From Pseudonocardiaceae bacterium (GTDB lineage: Bacteria > Actinomycetota > Actinomycetes > Mycobacteriales > Pseudonocardiaceae): a stretch of DNA of 64,000 bases. Of the stretch, positions 28,745 through 39,736 are shown piece after piece (the first letter of the stretch is position 1; each line of letters starts with the position of its first letter). Location of the stretch: positions 641 through 64,640 of the forward strand of contig DATELN010000126.1 of assembly GCA_035276605.1 (NCBI GenBank), in the 5' to 3' direction. The position numbers were made by a program, and so were the translations under genes. The notes below the pieces were generated by a model. It was not told the origin of the DNA. It worked only from the letters and a program-made list of their open reading frames with translations, and searched no databases.

Positions 28745-30505
28745 TCAGCCGGCGGCCTCGGCGACCTCCAGCCAGCGGGTCTCCAGGTCATCTTTCGCAG
28801 CAAGTACCTCGCGAAGTTCGCCTTCCAGCTCGCGGAACGCGGCGGGATCGGCGGCCTGCTGGATGATCTGCTGCTGCAGTTCGGCTTCCCGCCCCGCTAG
28901 TCGCTCGATCTGGCGCTCCAGCCGGGCCAACTCCTTGCGAGCCGTGCGCAGCTGGGCAGCTGGGGTTGGCCCGGTAGCCGCCGGTGGCGCCGCAACCTGC
29001 GCCGGTGCTGGCCGGTATCGCGTCAGATACTCGTCGATGCCGCCGGGCAGGTGGGTGATCCGCCCATCACCGAGCAACGCCACCACCGTGTCGCAGACCC
29101 GTTCAACCAGGTAGCGGTCGTGCGAGACGACGACCAGGGAGCCCGGCCAGCCGTCGAGCAGATCCTCCAACTGCTGCAAGGTGTCGATGTCCAGGTCATT
29201 GGTGGGCTCATCGAGCAGCAACACATTCGGCTCGGCCATCAGCAGCCGGGTCAACTGCAGCCGGCGGCGTTCTCCGCCGGACAGCTCCGCCACCGACGTC
29301 CACTGCCGCGAAGCTGGGAACCCGAGGCGTTCCGCCAGTTGCGAGGCGGACAGTTCCTGGCGGCCCAGCTGAACCCGGTGGGCGACCTCTTCCACCGCCT
29401 CCAGGACCCGCAGCGATGCCGGCAGGTCCTCCAGTTCCTGGCGCAGGTGCGCCAGCCGGACGGTCTGACCCTGCATCCGGCGACCCGCCTCCGGCGCCAG
29501 CTCTCCGGCAAGTAGCCGCAACAACGTCGTCTTGCCCGATCCGTTGACCCCGACCAGGCCGATCCGCTCGCCGGGGCTGAGGCGCCATGTTTCGGCGTCC
29601 AGCAGCCGGCGGCCGGCGATGGTGACGGTGACATCCTCGAGTTCCAGCACGGTGCGCCCTAGCCGGCGGCGCGCGAAGGCACACAGCTCGACGGTGTCCC
29701 GCGGTGGCGGCACGTCAGCGATCAGCGCCTCGGCGGCCTCGATACGGTAGCGCGGTTTGGAGCTGCGCGCCGGTGGTCCCCGGCGCAGCCACGCCAGCTC
29801 CTTGCGGGCCAAGTTGCGCCGCCGCTGCTCGGCTGCGGTGGCCAGCCGAGCACGTTCGGCGCGGGCGTACACCCAGTCCGCGTAGCCACCGTCGTAGCCG
29901 TCCACCCGTCCGTCGACGACCTCCCAGGTGCGCGTGCACACGGTGTCCAGAAACCACCTGTCGTGGGTCACCACGACCACCGCGCACCGGCACGCCAGCA
30001 GGTGCTCAGCCAGCCAGCGCACGCCGTCGACATCGAGGTGGTTAGTCGGCTCGTCGAGGATCAACAAGTCCGGCTCACCGACCAGCGCGGCGGCCAGCGC
30101 GACCCGGCGGCGTTCCCCGCCGGACAGATCCGCGACCGGCCGGTCCAATCCGAGCGCCGACATACCCAGCCCGTCGAGCACGGCCCGCACCCGCGGATCG
30201 GCGGCCCACTCGTGCTCGGCGCTGACCTGCAATGCAGCCAGCACCGCCTGGCCTACGGTGGCCTGCTCGGGAAGTTCAGTGTGCTGGGTGAGCACTGCGA
30301 TGCGCAGTCCTCTGGCGCGGCTGACCCGGCCTGCGTCGGGCGGTTGGAGGCCGGCGAGCAACCGCAGCAGGGTGGTCTTGCCGCCGCCGTTGAGCCCCAC
30401 CACACCGATCCGGTCGCCCGTGTCGACGCCGAGCGAGACTTCTGACAGCAGCAGGCGGACGCCGTAGGACTTCGAGACCGCCTCGACGTTGACCAGGTTG
30501 GCCAT
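28745..30505 (-). CDS. ABC-F family ATPase (two NBDs, no TM domain)
   Basis: Two Walker A motifs (GLNGGGKTT, GVNGSGKTT), two LSGGE signatures and a C-terminal coiled coil. The ATG at 30505 shares 1 nt with the ispE stop. Confidence 0.9.
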   Translation of the reverse strand: MANLVNVEAVSKSYGVRLLLSEVSLGVDTGDRIGVVGLNGGGKTTLLRLLAGLQPPDAGRVSRARGLRIAVLTQHTELPEQATVGQAVLAALQVSAEHEWAADPRVRAVLDGLGMSALGLDRPVADLSGGERRRVALAAALVGEPDLLILDEPTNHLDVDGVRWLAEHLLACRCAVVVVTHDRWFLDTVCTRTWEVVDGRVDGYDGGYADWVYARAERARLATAAEQRRRNLARKELAWLRRGPPARSSKPRYRIEAAEALIADVPPPRDTVELCAFARRRLGRTVLELEDVTVTIAGRRLLDAETWRLSPGERIGLVGVNGSGKTTLLRLLAGELAPEAGRRMQGQTVRLAHLRQELEDLPASLRVLEAVEEVAHRVQLGRQELSASQLAERLGFPASRQWTSVAELSGGERRRLQLTRLLMAEPNVLLLDEPTNDLDIDTLQQLEDLLDGWPGSLVVVSHDRYLVERVCDTVVALLGDGRITHLPGGIDEYLTRYRPAPAQVAAPPAATGPTPAAQLRTARKELARLERQIERLAGREAELQQQIIQQAADPAAFRELEGELREVLAAKDDLETRWLEVAEAAG

Positions 30506-31452
30506 CAGGCGCGCGCGAGAGGTTCGTGGGGCGGTACCGGCCGGGGATCCTCCACAATCCGGGCGCCAGGCACCGGGCCGCTGGCCACCCGAACGGTCCG
30601 GCATACGCCGGCACCGGCCAGCTCGGCGGCCACCCGGACCGCGGCGTCGGCGCCGGCGCACAAAAACGCGCAGGTGGGACCGGATCCGGACACGATGCCG
30701 GCCAGCGCGCCGGCGTCTACTCCAGCCCGCAGGGTGCGGCGCAGGTCCGGGCGTAGTGAGACCACGGCCGCCTGCAGATCATTGCCGAGCAGCAGGGCGA
30801 GCCGCCGCGGGTCTCCCGAAGCAAGCGCCTCCAGCAGCGGCTCGGCGTCACCAAGCCGCTGCGGCGGTGAACCGTGCGCCCGCAGCCGGTCCAGCTCGCG
30901 GTAGACGTCCGCAGTGGACAGCCCACCGCGGTCCAGCGCGATCACCCAGTGGAAGGTATGCCTGGCCAGCACGGGCACCAGGGACTCCCCGCGACCAGTG
31001 CCCAGCGCGGTGCCGCCGCACAGCGCGAAGGGCACGTCACTGCCCAGCCGGGCGGCTAACTCGACGAGCTCTTCTCGGCCGATGTCTAGGCGCCACAATG
31101 CGGCCAGGGCGACCAGGGTGCCCGCGGCGTCGGCGCTACCCCCAGCCATCCCGCCGGCTACCGGGATGGTTTTACGCAGCACAACCCGCACGTCGGGCTG
31201 ACGCCCGACGTGCTCGGCAAGCAGGAGCACGGCGCACCACGCGAGGTTGCGCTGATCAGTGGGCACCGTCGCAGCGCCCTCGCCGTATACCTGCACACCG
31301 GGTTCGTCGGTGGCCGCGACGGTCACCTCGTCGATCAGGGACAAGGCTTGGAACACGCTGACCAGTTCGTGGTAGCCGTCCACGCGCCGGCTTCCGACCG
31401 CCAGGTGCAGATTGACCTTGGCAGGGACACGCACGGTGACCGGTTGCGGCAC
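30505..31452 (-). CDS. ispE: 4-diphosphocytidyl-2-C-methyl-D-erythritol kinase
   Basis: [26 protein letters not shown]. The start was set at GTG 31452; the longer ORF N-terminus lies inside the palindrome and is mirrored on the other strand. Confidence 0.85.
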   Translation of the reverse strand: MPQPVTVRVPAKVNLHLAVGSRRVDGYHELVSVFQALSLIDEVTVAATDEPGVQVYGEGAATVPTDQRNLAWCAVLLLAEHVGRQPDVRVVLRKTIPVAGGMAGGSADAAGTLVALAALWRLDIGREELVELAARLGSDVPFALCGGTALGTGRGESLVPVLARHTFHWVIALDRGGLSTADVYRELDRLRAHGSPPQRLGDAEPLLEALASGDPRRLALLLGNDLQAAVVSLRPDLRRTLRAGVDAGALAGIVSGSGPTCAFLCAGADAAVRVAAELAGAGVCRTVRVASGPVPGARIVEDPRPVPPHEPLARA

Positions 31453-31488
31453 AACGGCAAGCACTACCCCAGGGTACGGGCCTGCGGC

Positions 31489-31534
31489 CTTGTGAGTGGC
31501 GATGCGCGCTATAGCGCGCATCGCCACTCACAAG
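31489..31534. repeat. perfect 46-bp palindrome
   Basis: cttgtgagtggcgatgcgcgcta|tagcgcgcatcgccactcacaag. It covers the rsmA stop codon and lies upstream of ispE. Confidence 0.95.
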
Positions 31535-32382
31535 CAGCTCAGGATCCGTGCAAAGTCGTGGATTCTGAGCTGCTCCGCCCGCAACCCCGGGTCTACGCCG
31601 GCGGCGCGCAGCAACCGCTCGGCGGTGGCCGCTGAGCCCGCCCATCCCGCCAGGGCGGCCCGCAGCGTCTTGCGGCGCTGCGCGAACGCGGCGTCGACCA
31701 GCGCGAAGACCTCTTCTCGTGGCACCGGGGATGGTGCTGGTCGGACGGTTAATGCAACCAGGCTGGAGTCCACATTGGGCACCGGCCAGAACACCGCACG
31801 GGGGACGTGCCCGGCCCGGCGGGCCTCGGCGAACCAAGCCAGCTTGACGCTGGGCACGCCGTAGCTTCGGGTGCCCGGCGGCGCGGTCAGCCGATCGGCC
31901 ACCTCGGCCTGCACCATCACCAACCCGCGGCGCAGGCTCGGCAGCTCGGCCAACAGGTGCAGCAGCACCGGAACACCGACGTTGTAGGGCAGGTTCGCGA
32001 CCAACGCGGTCGGTTCCCGGCCATCAGCGGCTTCGACCAGCTCCGCGCGCCGCATCCGCAGCGCGTCGGCGTGGTAAACGCGTAGCGCCTCGACCCGGTC
32101 TGGGACGCGGTTGGCCACCGTCGCGGGCAGCGCACCGGCCAGCAGTGGATCCACCTCCACCGCCAGCACCGCGTCCACCGCGTCGAGCAAAGCCAGGGTC
32201 AGCGACCCGAGCCCAGGACCAACCTCGAGCACGACGTCATCTGTCACCAGGTCGGCTGCCGCGACGATCCGGCGCACTGTGTTGGCATCATGCACGAAGT
32301 TCTGGCCCAGCCGCTTGGTCGGTCGCAGCCCGAGGCGATCGGCCAACTCGCGCAGCTCAGCCGCTCCCAGCAACTGGTTCAC
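31528..32382 (-). CDS. rsmA: 16S rRNA (adenine1518/1519-N6)-dimethyltransferase
   Basis: [28 protein letters not shown]. Conserved position between rpfB and ispE. Confidence 0.95.
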   Translation of the reverse strand: MNQLLGAAELRELADRLGLRPTKRLGQNFVHDANTVRRIVAAADLVTDDVVLEVGPGLGSLTLALLDAVDAVLAVEVDPLLAGALPATVANRVPDRVEALRVYHADALRMRRAELVEAADGREPTALVANLPYNVGVPVLLHLLAELPSLRRGLVMVQAEVADRLTAPPGTRSYGVPSVKLAWFAEARRAGHVPRAVFWPVPNVDSSLVALTVRPAPSPVPREEVFALVDAAFAQRRKTLRAALAGWAGSAATAERLLRAAGVDPGLRAEQLRIHDFARILSCL

Positions 32383-32467
32383 TCCGCGGTCTTACCACCA
32401 CTGCACCGGGTCGTTGTCTCGCGGATACGAACTCGGCGACAGCAGGGAGCTGAAGCTCTGGGCCTGA

Positions 32468-33751
<1,284 letters not shown>

Positions 33752-34594
33752 TCAGAAGCGCTCAGCGGTATCGGTTGCACTGAATCCGAAGACCCGCTCA
33801 GCGGTCGCAGAAACCGACGCCGCCAGCTCGGCCTCGTCCTGCCCGCGCAGCGCCGCCAGATCGCGGACGGTGTAGGGCAGGTTGACCGGTTCGTTGGCCC
33901 TGCCCCGGTGCGGATGCGGGGTCAGGAACGGGGCGTCGGTCTCCACCAGTAACTGCCCGTCGGGCACCAGCTTGGCCGCTTCGCGCAGCGCGTGGGCATT
34001 GCGGAAGGTCACGGTGCCGGAGAACGACAGCACGTACCCGGCGTCCACGCACGCCCTTGCCATCGCGGCGTCCCCGGAAAAGCAGTGAAATACCACCGTC
34101 GGAGGTGGTTTTTCCTGGTCGAGGACAGCGAGCACATCAGCGTGGGCGTCCCGGTCGTGGATCACGAGCGGCTTGCCCACTCGCTTGGCGAGATCGATGT
34201 GCCACCGGTAGACCTCCTGCTGGGCCTCGGGCGGCGAGTAGTCCCAGTAGTAGTCCAGGCCGGTCTCCCCCACCGCGACCACCCTGGGCGCTACTGCGAG
34301 TCGCTCCAGCTCGGTGCGGTCGTCGTCAGTCATCGCTGCGGTGCGGGTGGGGTGCAGCGCCACAGCCGCAAAGACCCGATCATCCCAGCTGGCTGCCTGC
34401 ACCACCCAACGCGCCGACGCCATGTCGTCGGCGACCGTCACCACCGCGGCGACCCCCACTGCCTCGGCCCGATCCAGCGCCGCGCGAACCCCCGCCGGAT
34501 CGGTGGCACCGCAGGCATCCAGATGCGTGTGCGCATCGATCACCGTCACAGGCAACGGCGGCGGGGGTGGCGGTAAACCGCTCGTGAGTGGCAT
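33752..34594 (-). CDS. tatD: TatD-family metal-dependent hydrolase/DNase
   Basis: IDAHTHLD..., VVFHCFSGD, ETDAPFLTP. Confidence 0.9.
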   Translation of the reverse strand: MPLTSGLPPPPPPLPVTVIDAHTHLDACGATDPAGVRAALDRAEAVGVAAVVTVADDMASARWVVQAASWDDRVFAAVALHPTRTAAMTDDDRTELERLAVAPRVVAVGETGLDYYWDYSPPEAQQEVYRWHIDLAKRVGKPLVIHDRDAHADVLAVLDQEKPPPTVVFHCFSGDAAMARACVDAGYVLSFSGTVTFRNAHALREAAKLVPDGQLLVETDAPFLTPHPHRGRANEPVNLPYTVRDLAALRGQDEAELAASVSATAERVFGFSATDTAERF

Positions 34595-34619
34595 TCGGTG
34601 CTATAACACTGTTACGCAC

Positions 34620-36422
34620 TCACGAGGCTGGTTCGATCGGGGCCCAGCTGGGGCCTGATTGAGCCAGCCCAGGCTCTAGTTTGGCGAACAGGGGGGTGGG
34701 CTTGGCCAAGGGACGGTCTACCTCAATGGGGACACTGGCCCAGCGAGCCTGCTCGGCGGCGTAGTCCCCGGTGAGCACGGGGTAGTCCGGTCCGCTGCCC
34801 TCGACGAGCTCGCTGACTTCCCGGATCTCCGGCATAGCCGACCACACCCCGGTGCCGCCGAGCTGCGCGTGTACCTGCTGGGCGGCATGCGGCAGGAACG
34901 GGGTGAGCAGCGTGTTGGCGTCAGAGACGACCTGCAGCGCGGTGTGCAGGATGGTGTCGCGCCGCGCCGGGTCGTCGGTGCGCTTCCACGGTTCCTGCTC
35001 AGACAGGTACTTGTTCGCCGCGCCCACTACCCGCATCGCCTCGGTGATCGCCGCCTTGAACCGGTTGCGCTCCAGCAGCTCCCCCACCGTGTCGAAGGCC
35101 GCCCGCGAGGTGGCCAGCAATTCGGAATCAGCGCGCTGCAACGTTGAAGGCCGCGGCACCGCGCCGACGTTGCGGTGCGCCATCGAGATAGACCGGTTGA
35201 CCAAGTTGCCCCACTCGTTGGCCAGCTCAAAGTTGATCCGGCGGACGAACTCCTCCCAGGTGAAGTCGGTGTCCTGGGTCTCCGGACCAGCCACCGAAAT
35301 GAAGTAGCGCAGCGTGTCCGGACCGAATTCGCGCAGGAAGTCCCCGACGTAGATCACCGTGCCGCGGGAGGTGGAGAACTTCGAGCCGCTCATGGTGAGG
35401 AACTCGCTGGAGACAATCTCTGTCGGCAGGTTCAGGACGCCGAACACGCCCGGCTGGCCACCCCGATCCCCTGCGCCGTTCTGACCGAGCAAGGTGGCCG
35501 GCCAGATCACCGTGTGGAAGGTGATGTTGTCCTTGCCCATGAAGTAGTAGGAGCGCGCATCCGGGTCGCACCACCACTGCTGCCACGCATCGGGTTGCCC
35601 GACCCGCTGCGCCCACTCCACCGACGCCGACAAGTAGCCCATGCACGCGTCGAACCACACGTAGAACCGCTTCATTGGCGCGTCTCGCCAACCGTCCAGC
35701 GGCACCCGCACGCCCCAGTCCAGGTCGCGGGTGATCGGGCGGGGGCGCAGGTCGTCGAGCAGGTTCAGAGAGAACTTCAGCACGTTGGTCCGCCACTCGG
35801 TGCGGTTGGCCAACCAGGTTCCCAACGCGCCGGTGAACGCCGGCAGGTCGAGGAACAGATGCTCGGTTTCCACGAACTCGGGGACCTCGCCGTTGATCCG
35901 GGACCGTGGATTGATCAAATCGGCCGGGTCGAGCTGGTTGCCGCAGTTGTCGCACTGGTCGCCGCGGGCGCCGTCGTAACCACAGATCGGGCATGTGCCC
36001 TCGATGTACCGGTCGGGCAGGGTGCGGCCGGTGGACGGGCTGATCGCGCCGAGCGCGGTCTTGGTGAGGATGTAGCCGTTGCGGTACAGGGCAAGAAACA
36101 CGTCCTGCACCACCCGCGCGTGGTTTGCCGTGGTGGTGCGAGTGAACAGGTCGTACGACAGCCCCAGACCCTGCAAGTCCTCCACGATCAGCCGGTTGTA
36201 TTTGTCCGCGAGCGTGCGTGGCGTGACGCCCTCGGCGTCGGCCTGCACCTGGATTGGGGTGCCGTTCTCGTCGGTTCCCGAGACCATGAGCACCCGGTTG
36301 CCGGCCATTCGCTGGTAGCGCGAGAAGATGTCCGACGGAACACCGAAACCGGAGACGTGACCGATGTGCCGCGGGCCATTAGCGTAAGGCCAGGCCACCG
36401 CGGTAAGTACGGGTGCATTCAT
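34620..36422 (-). CDS. metG: methionyl-tRNA synthetase
   Basis: [12 protein letters not shown] (HIGH motif) and FSTSRG (KMSKS-like). The ATG is at 36422. Confidence 0.95.
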   Translation of the reverse strand: MNAPVLTAVAWPYANGPRHIGHVSGFGVPSDIFSRYQRMAGNRVLMVSGTDENGTPIQVQADAEGVTPRTLADKYNRLIVEDLQGLGLSYDLFTRTTTANHARVVQDVFLALYRNGYILTKTALGAISPSTGRTLPDRYIEGTCPICGYDGARGDQCDNCGNQLDPADLINPRSRINGEVPEFVETEHLFLDLPAFTGALGTWLANRTEWRTNVLKFSLNLLDDLRPRPITRDLDWGVRVPLDGWRDAPMKRFYVWFDACMGYLSASVEWAQRVGQPDAWQQWWCDPDARSYYFMGKDNITFHTVIWPATLLGQNGAGDRGGQPGVFGVLNLPTEIVSSEFLTMSGSKFSTSRGTVIYVGDFLREFGPDTLRYFISVAGPETQDTDFTWEEFVRRINFELANEWGNLVNRSISMAHRNVGAVPRPSTLQRADSELLATSRAAFDTVGELLERNRFKAAITEAMRVVGAANKYLSEQEPWKRTDDPARRDTILHTALQVVSDANTLLTPFLPHAAQQVHAQLGGTGVWSAMPEIREVSELVEGSGPDYPVLTGDYAAEQARWASVPIEVDRPLAKPTPLFAKLEPGLAQSGPSWAPIEPAS

Positions 36423-36606
36423 AGCGCCCAGCCTATGGGGCAACCGCAACGCCGTTTCCACTGGGGATCAACGAGCGCGCAGCCATTCCGCCACGGGTAT
36501 GCACTACCAAGCCACGCGGGTACCTGATCGTATTACGGCGTGGGCCTGGTGTGGGGTTTTAGGATCGTGGCCATGGTGAGCGTGGCGAGGTTCGGTTTTC
36601 TGGTAG

Positions 36607-38787
36607 TTGGCCCCTTCGGCGCGCGCAGTTAGGTTCGTGCCGTTGAGCATCCACGACGAGAGCCGGCTGGGCGGGGATTCCCGCGTGCCGGGTGCGGCGG
36701 GACAGGCTGAGCTGGTGCAGCGGTGGGCGAAGGCGTTACGGACGACCGCTTACGTGCCGGCATCGTCGCTGCAGATCCAGGATTTGTTGGAAGAGCTGCT
36801 TGGTGTTGTGGTCTGCACGCTGCGGGCCAAGAAGTTCTGTCCGGACCCGGCCCGCGAGGTCGGTGAACGGTTGGTCCGAGGCGGGTTCACCGGGGAGCAG
36901 AGCCTCAGCCGCACGCTTGAGGTGCTCGGACAGGCATTACCGGCGGATTCCGGGCTACGGGGTGTCGAGGATCTTGCCGGCCGGGTGGTTTCCGTGCTGG
37001 GTGCGGTGGCGGCGGGTTATGCGGCTGGCCTGCGTGCGCTGACTTTGGATCAGCAAGAGGAAGTGAAGCAGGCCCTGCTGGTGGCCAAGGAAGACGCCGA
37101 GCGGGGGCTGAGGGTCAGCGAGGCAAAGTTTCGGGAGCTGTTCACCTCCTCAGCGGTCGGGATCGCGATCAGCGATCTCGATGGCCGGCTGGTGGAGACC
37201 AACCAGGCCTTGCGGGAAATTGTTGGTGAGTCCGCGGTCGAGACGGCGGGACGCTCGGTATATGAGCTGTTCGACGTCAATGATGCTGCTGTGCTCAGAT
37301 CTGCTCACCGCAGGCTGGTGGGGGGTCACAGCGCGCGATCTCGGCTACCACAGCGGCTGCGGTTGATCGACAAGGATGGCGAGCCGGCGTGGGCTTACCT
37401 GGCAATCTCGCTGCTGCACGACGCCGAGGGCCAGCCGACCCAGCAGGTGACGATCGTCGAGGACGTCACGGAGCTGCACTTGTTGGGTGAGCGGCTGGCT
37501 CACCAGTCATTGCATGACGCGCTGACCGGGCTGCCCAATCAGCAGTTCTTCCTGTCCCGTCTGGAGGGCGTGCTGGGACGCGCCGGTCCGGCGGCGCGGA
37601 TCAGCGTATGCACGATCGACGTGGACCGGCTGGTTGTGATCAACGATGCATTCGGCCGGGAGGTCGGCGACCAGGTGTTGTGCACGATGGCCGAACGTCT
37701 GCAATCGGTGATCTCCGGTGCGAACGCGATGGTCGCCCGGCTCGGCTCGGATGAGTTCGCCATGTTCGTGGAGCACTCGGCTAGCACGCCGGACGTGGTT
37801 GATCTCGCGGCGAGCATGCAACGAGAACTTGCGCAGCCGCTGCCGGCTCAGGGTGATGAGCTGGTCGTCTCGTGCTGCATCGGCATTGCTGAGCACCACG
37901 GGACCGGGGGTGATCCAGTCAAGTTGCTGCGCGCGGCGGAGGCTGCCTTGCATGACGCCAAAAGCAGCGGACCGGGCCGATGGCAACTGCTGGATCTCCA
38001 GCGCGATGCCGACCAGCGTCTTCGGTGCCGGTTGGCCGCGGCCCTGCCGGCAGCCTGGAGCAGCGGCGAACTCGGCCTGCTTTATCAGCCACTGGCGCAG
38101 TTGACCGAGGGCAAGATCGTCGCTGTCGAGGCGCTGTTGCGGTGGGACCACCCACACAGCGGCCCGCTATGCCATCACCAGTGTTGGGAGCTGGCGGCGC
38201 GGGCCGGGCTGGAGATGGCGTTAGGGCAGTGGCTGCTGCGCAACGCCTGTGCACAGCTGTCGTCGTGGCGCCAGCACCTCGCTGAGGCGATGCCATCGCT
38301 GCACGTCGATGTCACCCCTCCGCAGTTCCAGCACCCAGAACTAGTGACCGGCGTCCGCTGCGTCCTGGAGCAGGCGGGAGTAGCGGCCGAGAGTGTCCAA
38401 ATCGGGGTACCGGTCAACGTGCTGGACACCAAGGCAGGCCAGGCCGCAGACAACGTCCGGGCCCTTGCCAAGATGGGCGTCGCTGTGGTGTTGCTCGGAT
38501 TCAACGGCGTCGGCCACCTCGTCCACCTGGAACAACTGCCGATCCAGGCGGTGGAGATAGCGCACCAGATCGTTCAGCAGGCCGCCCACTCCAGGGACCT
38601 GGCCAGCCCGGTAGCCGACCTGCTGCAGAGGATCCGTCGTTGCGGTGCGACGAGCATCGTCCGTGGGATTCCAAGCCGCGATGGAGCCGACTGGTGGCGC
38701 TGCGCCGGAGTTGATGTCGGCCAGGGCACATTCTGCGCATCACCGGGTGCGGGGAAGCAAATTATGGCGCTACTCGGCTCTCCGTAG
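36607..38787 (+). CDS. PAS-GGDEF-EAL signalling protein; GGDEF motif reads GSDEF and the EAL domain looks degenerate
   Basis: RLGSDEFAMF and EALLRW are present. The expected DDFGTG reads LGFNGVG and EITE reads QIGV. The TTG/other start is uncertain. Confidence 0.75.
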   Translation: MAPSARAVRFVPLSIHDESRLGGDSRVPGAAGQAELVQRWAKALRTTAYVPASSLQIQDLLEELLGVVVCTLRAKKFCPDPAREVGERLVRGGFTGEQSLSRTLEVLGQALPADSGLRGVEDLAGRVVSVLGAVAAGYAAGLRALTLDQQEEVKQALLVAKEDAERGLRVSEAKFRELFTSSAVGIAISDLDGRLVETNQALREIVGESAVETAGRSVYELFDVNDAAVLRSAHRRLVGGHSARSRLPQRLRLIDKDGEPAWAYLAISLLHDAEGQPTQQVTIVEDVTELHLLGERLAHQSLHDALTGLPNQQFFLSRLEGVLGRAGPAARISVCTIDVDRLVVINDAFGREVGDQVLCTMAERLQSVISGANAMVARLGSDEFAMFVEHSASTPDVVDLAASMQRELAQPLPAQGDELVVSCCIGIAEHHGTGGDPVKLLRAAEAALHDAKSSGPGRWQLLDLQRDADQRLRCRLAAALPAAWSSGELGLLYQPLAQLTEGKIVAVEALLRWDHPHSGPLCHHQCWELAARAGLEMALGQWLLRNACAQLSSWRQHLAEAMPSLHVDVTPPQFQHPELVTGVRCVLEQAGVAAESVQIGVPVNVLDTKAGQAADNVRALAKMGVAVVLLGFNGVGHLVHLEQLPIQAVEIAHQIVQQAAHSRDLASPVADLLQRIRRCGATSIVRGIPSRDGADWWRCAGVDVGQGTFCASPGAGKQIMALLGSP

Positions 38788-38830
38788 ACTGCGCACACGA
38801 AACGAACTGCGAAAAGAGGGGCGGTTTGCG

Positions 38831-39640
38831 GTGGATCACAACGCCAGCTGGGTGCCCGGCGAGGTCAACCTTCAAATACCCAGTTCGGCTCGTATCTATG
38901 ACTACGTGCTCGGCGGGGCCCACAACTTCGATGTAGACCGGCAAGCGGCCGAACGGCTGCTCGCCGCGGTACCCGCCCGGGACATGGCTAGGCTCAACCG
39001 CAGCTTCCTGCGCCGTGCGGTGCTGTTTTTGGTCAACGCCGGAATTCGGCAGTTCCTCGACCTTGGCTCCGGTATTCCCACCGTGGGCAACGTTCACGAG
39101 GTCGCCCAGCAAGCCGACCCAGCATGCCGCGTGGTGTATGTCGACATCGAACCTGTCGCGGTCGCCCACAGCCAATTGATGCTCGCGGATAACAACAATG
39201 CCTCGATCATCCGAGCTGACCTACGCAAACCCGAGACCATCCTGGATCACCCGGAAACCCACCGGTTGCTGGACCTCGACCAGCCACTCGGGCTGCTGAT
39301 GGTGGGTGTGATGCAATTTGTCCCCGACTCCGATGACCCCGGGGCTATCGTGGCCGGCTACCGCGACACCCTCAGCGCCGGCAGCTACCTGGCCATGTCC
39401 CACTTCACGCCGGATGGCATGCCCGACCGGATGGCTAAAGCCGTCGAGGTTTTCAAGACCACCCAAGAACCGGCATACCCCCGCACCCATGCGGAGATTC
39501 TGCGCATGTTCGACGGGTTCGAGTTGGTTGAGCCCGGGCTGGTGTACACCGCGCAGTGGCGCCCGGACACGCCGGAAGAACTTGGCGACACCCCAGCACA
39601 CCACTCCAACCTCTACGCGGCCGTCGGCCGCAAGGGATAA
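38831..39640 (+). CDS. SAM-dependent methyltransferase (actinobacterial DUF574-like family)
   Basis: ARIYDYVLGGAHNFDVDRQAAE, FLDLGSGIPT. The GTG at 38831 follows AGAGGGG. Confidence 0.7.
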   Translation: MDHNASWVPGEVNLQIPSSARIYDYVLGGAHNFDVDRQAAERLLAAVPARDMARLNRSFLRRAVLFLVNAGIRQFLDLGSGIPTVGNVHEVAQQADPACRVVYVDIEPVAVAHSQLMLADNNNASIIRADLRKPETILDHPETHRLLDLDQPLGLLMVGVMQFVPDSDDPGAIVAGYRDTLSAGSYLAMSHFTPDGMPDRMAKAVEVFKTTQEPAYPRTHAEILRMFDGFELVEPGLVYTAQWRPDTPEELGDTPAHHSNLYAAVGRKG

Positions 39641-39736
39641 ACCGTCAGGGCCGTGCGGGCGGACGCAGCAGCCATGTTGTCGAACTCGGCGACAGCAGAG
39701 CTGAGCAGCGTTTCACCCCTTGAGCCGCGGCGGACA

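Noticed and set aside
31453-31527. N-terminal extension of ispE ([13 protein letters not shown]...) and the mirror ORF 31496..31864
   Set aside because: The identical peptides on both strands are a by-product of the 46-bp palindrome. M. tuberculosis-like IspE starts just before VTVRVP, so the GTG at 31452 was used.
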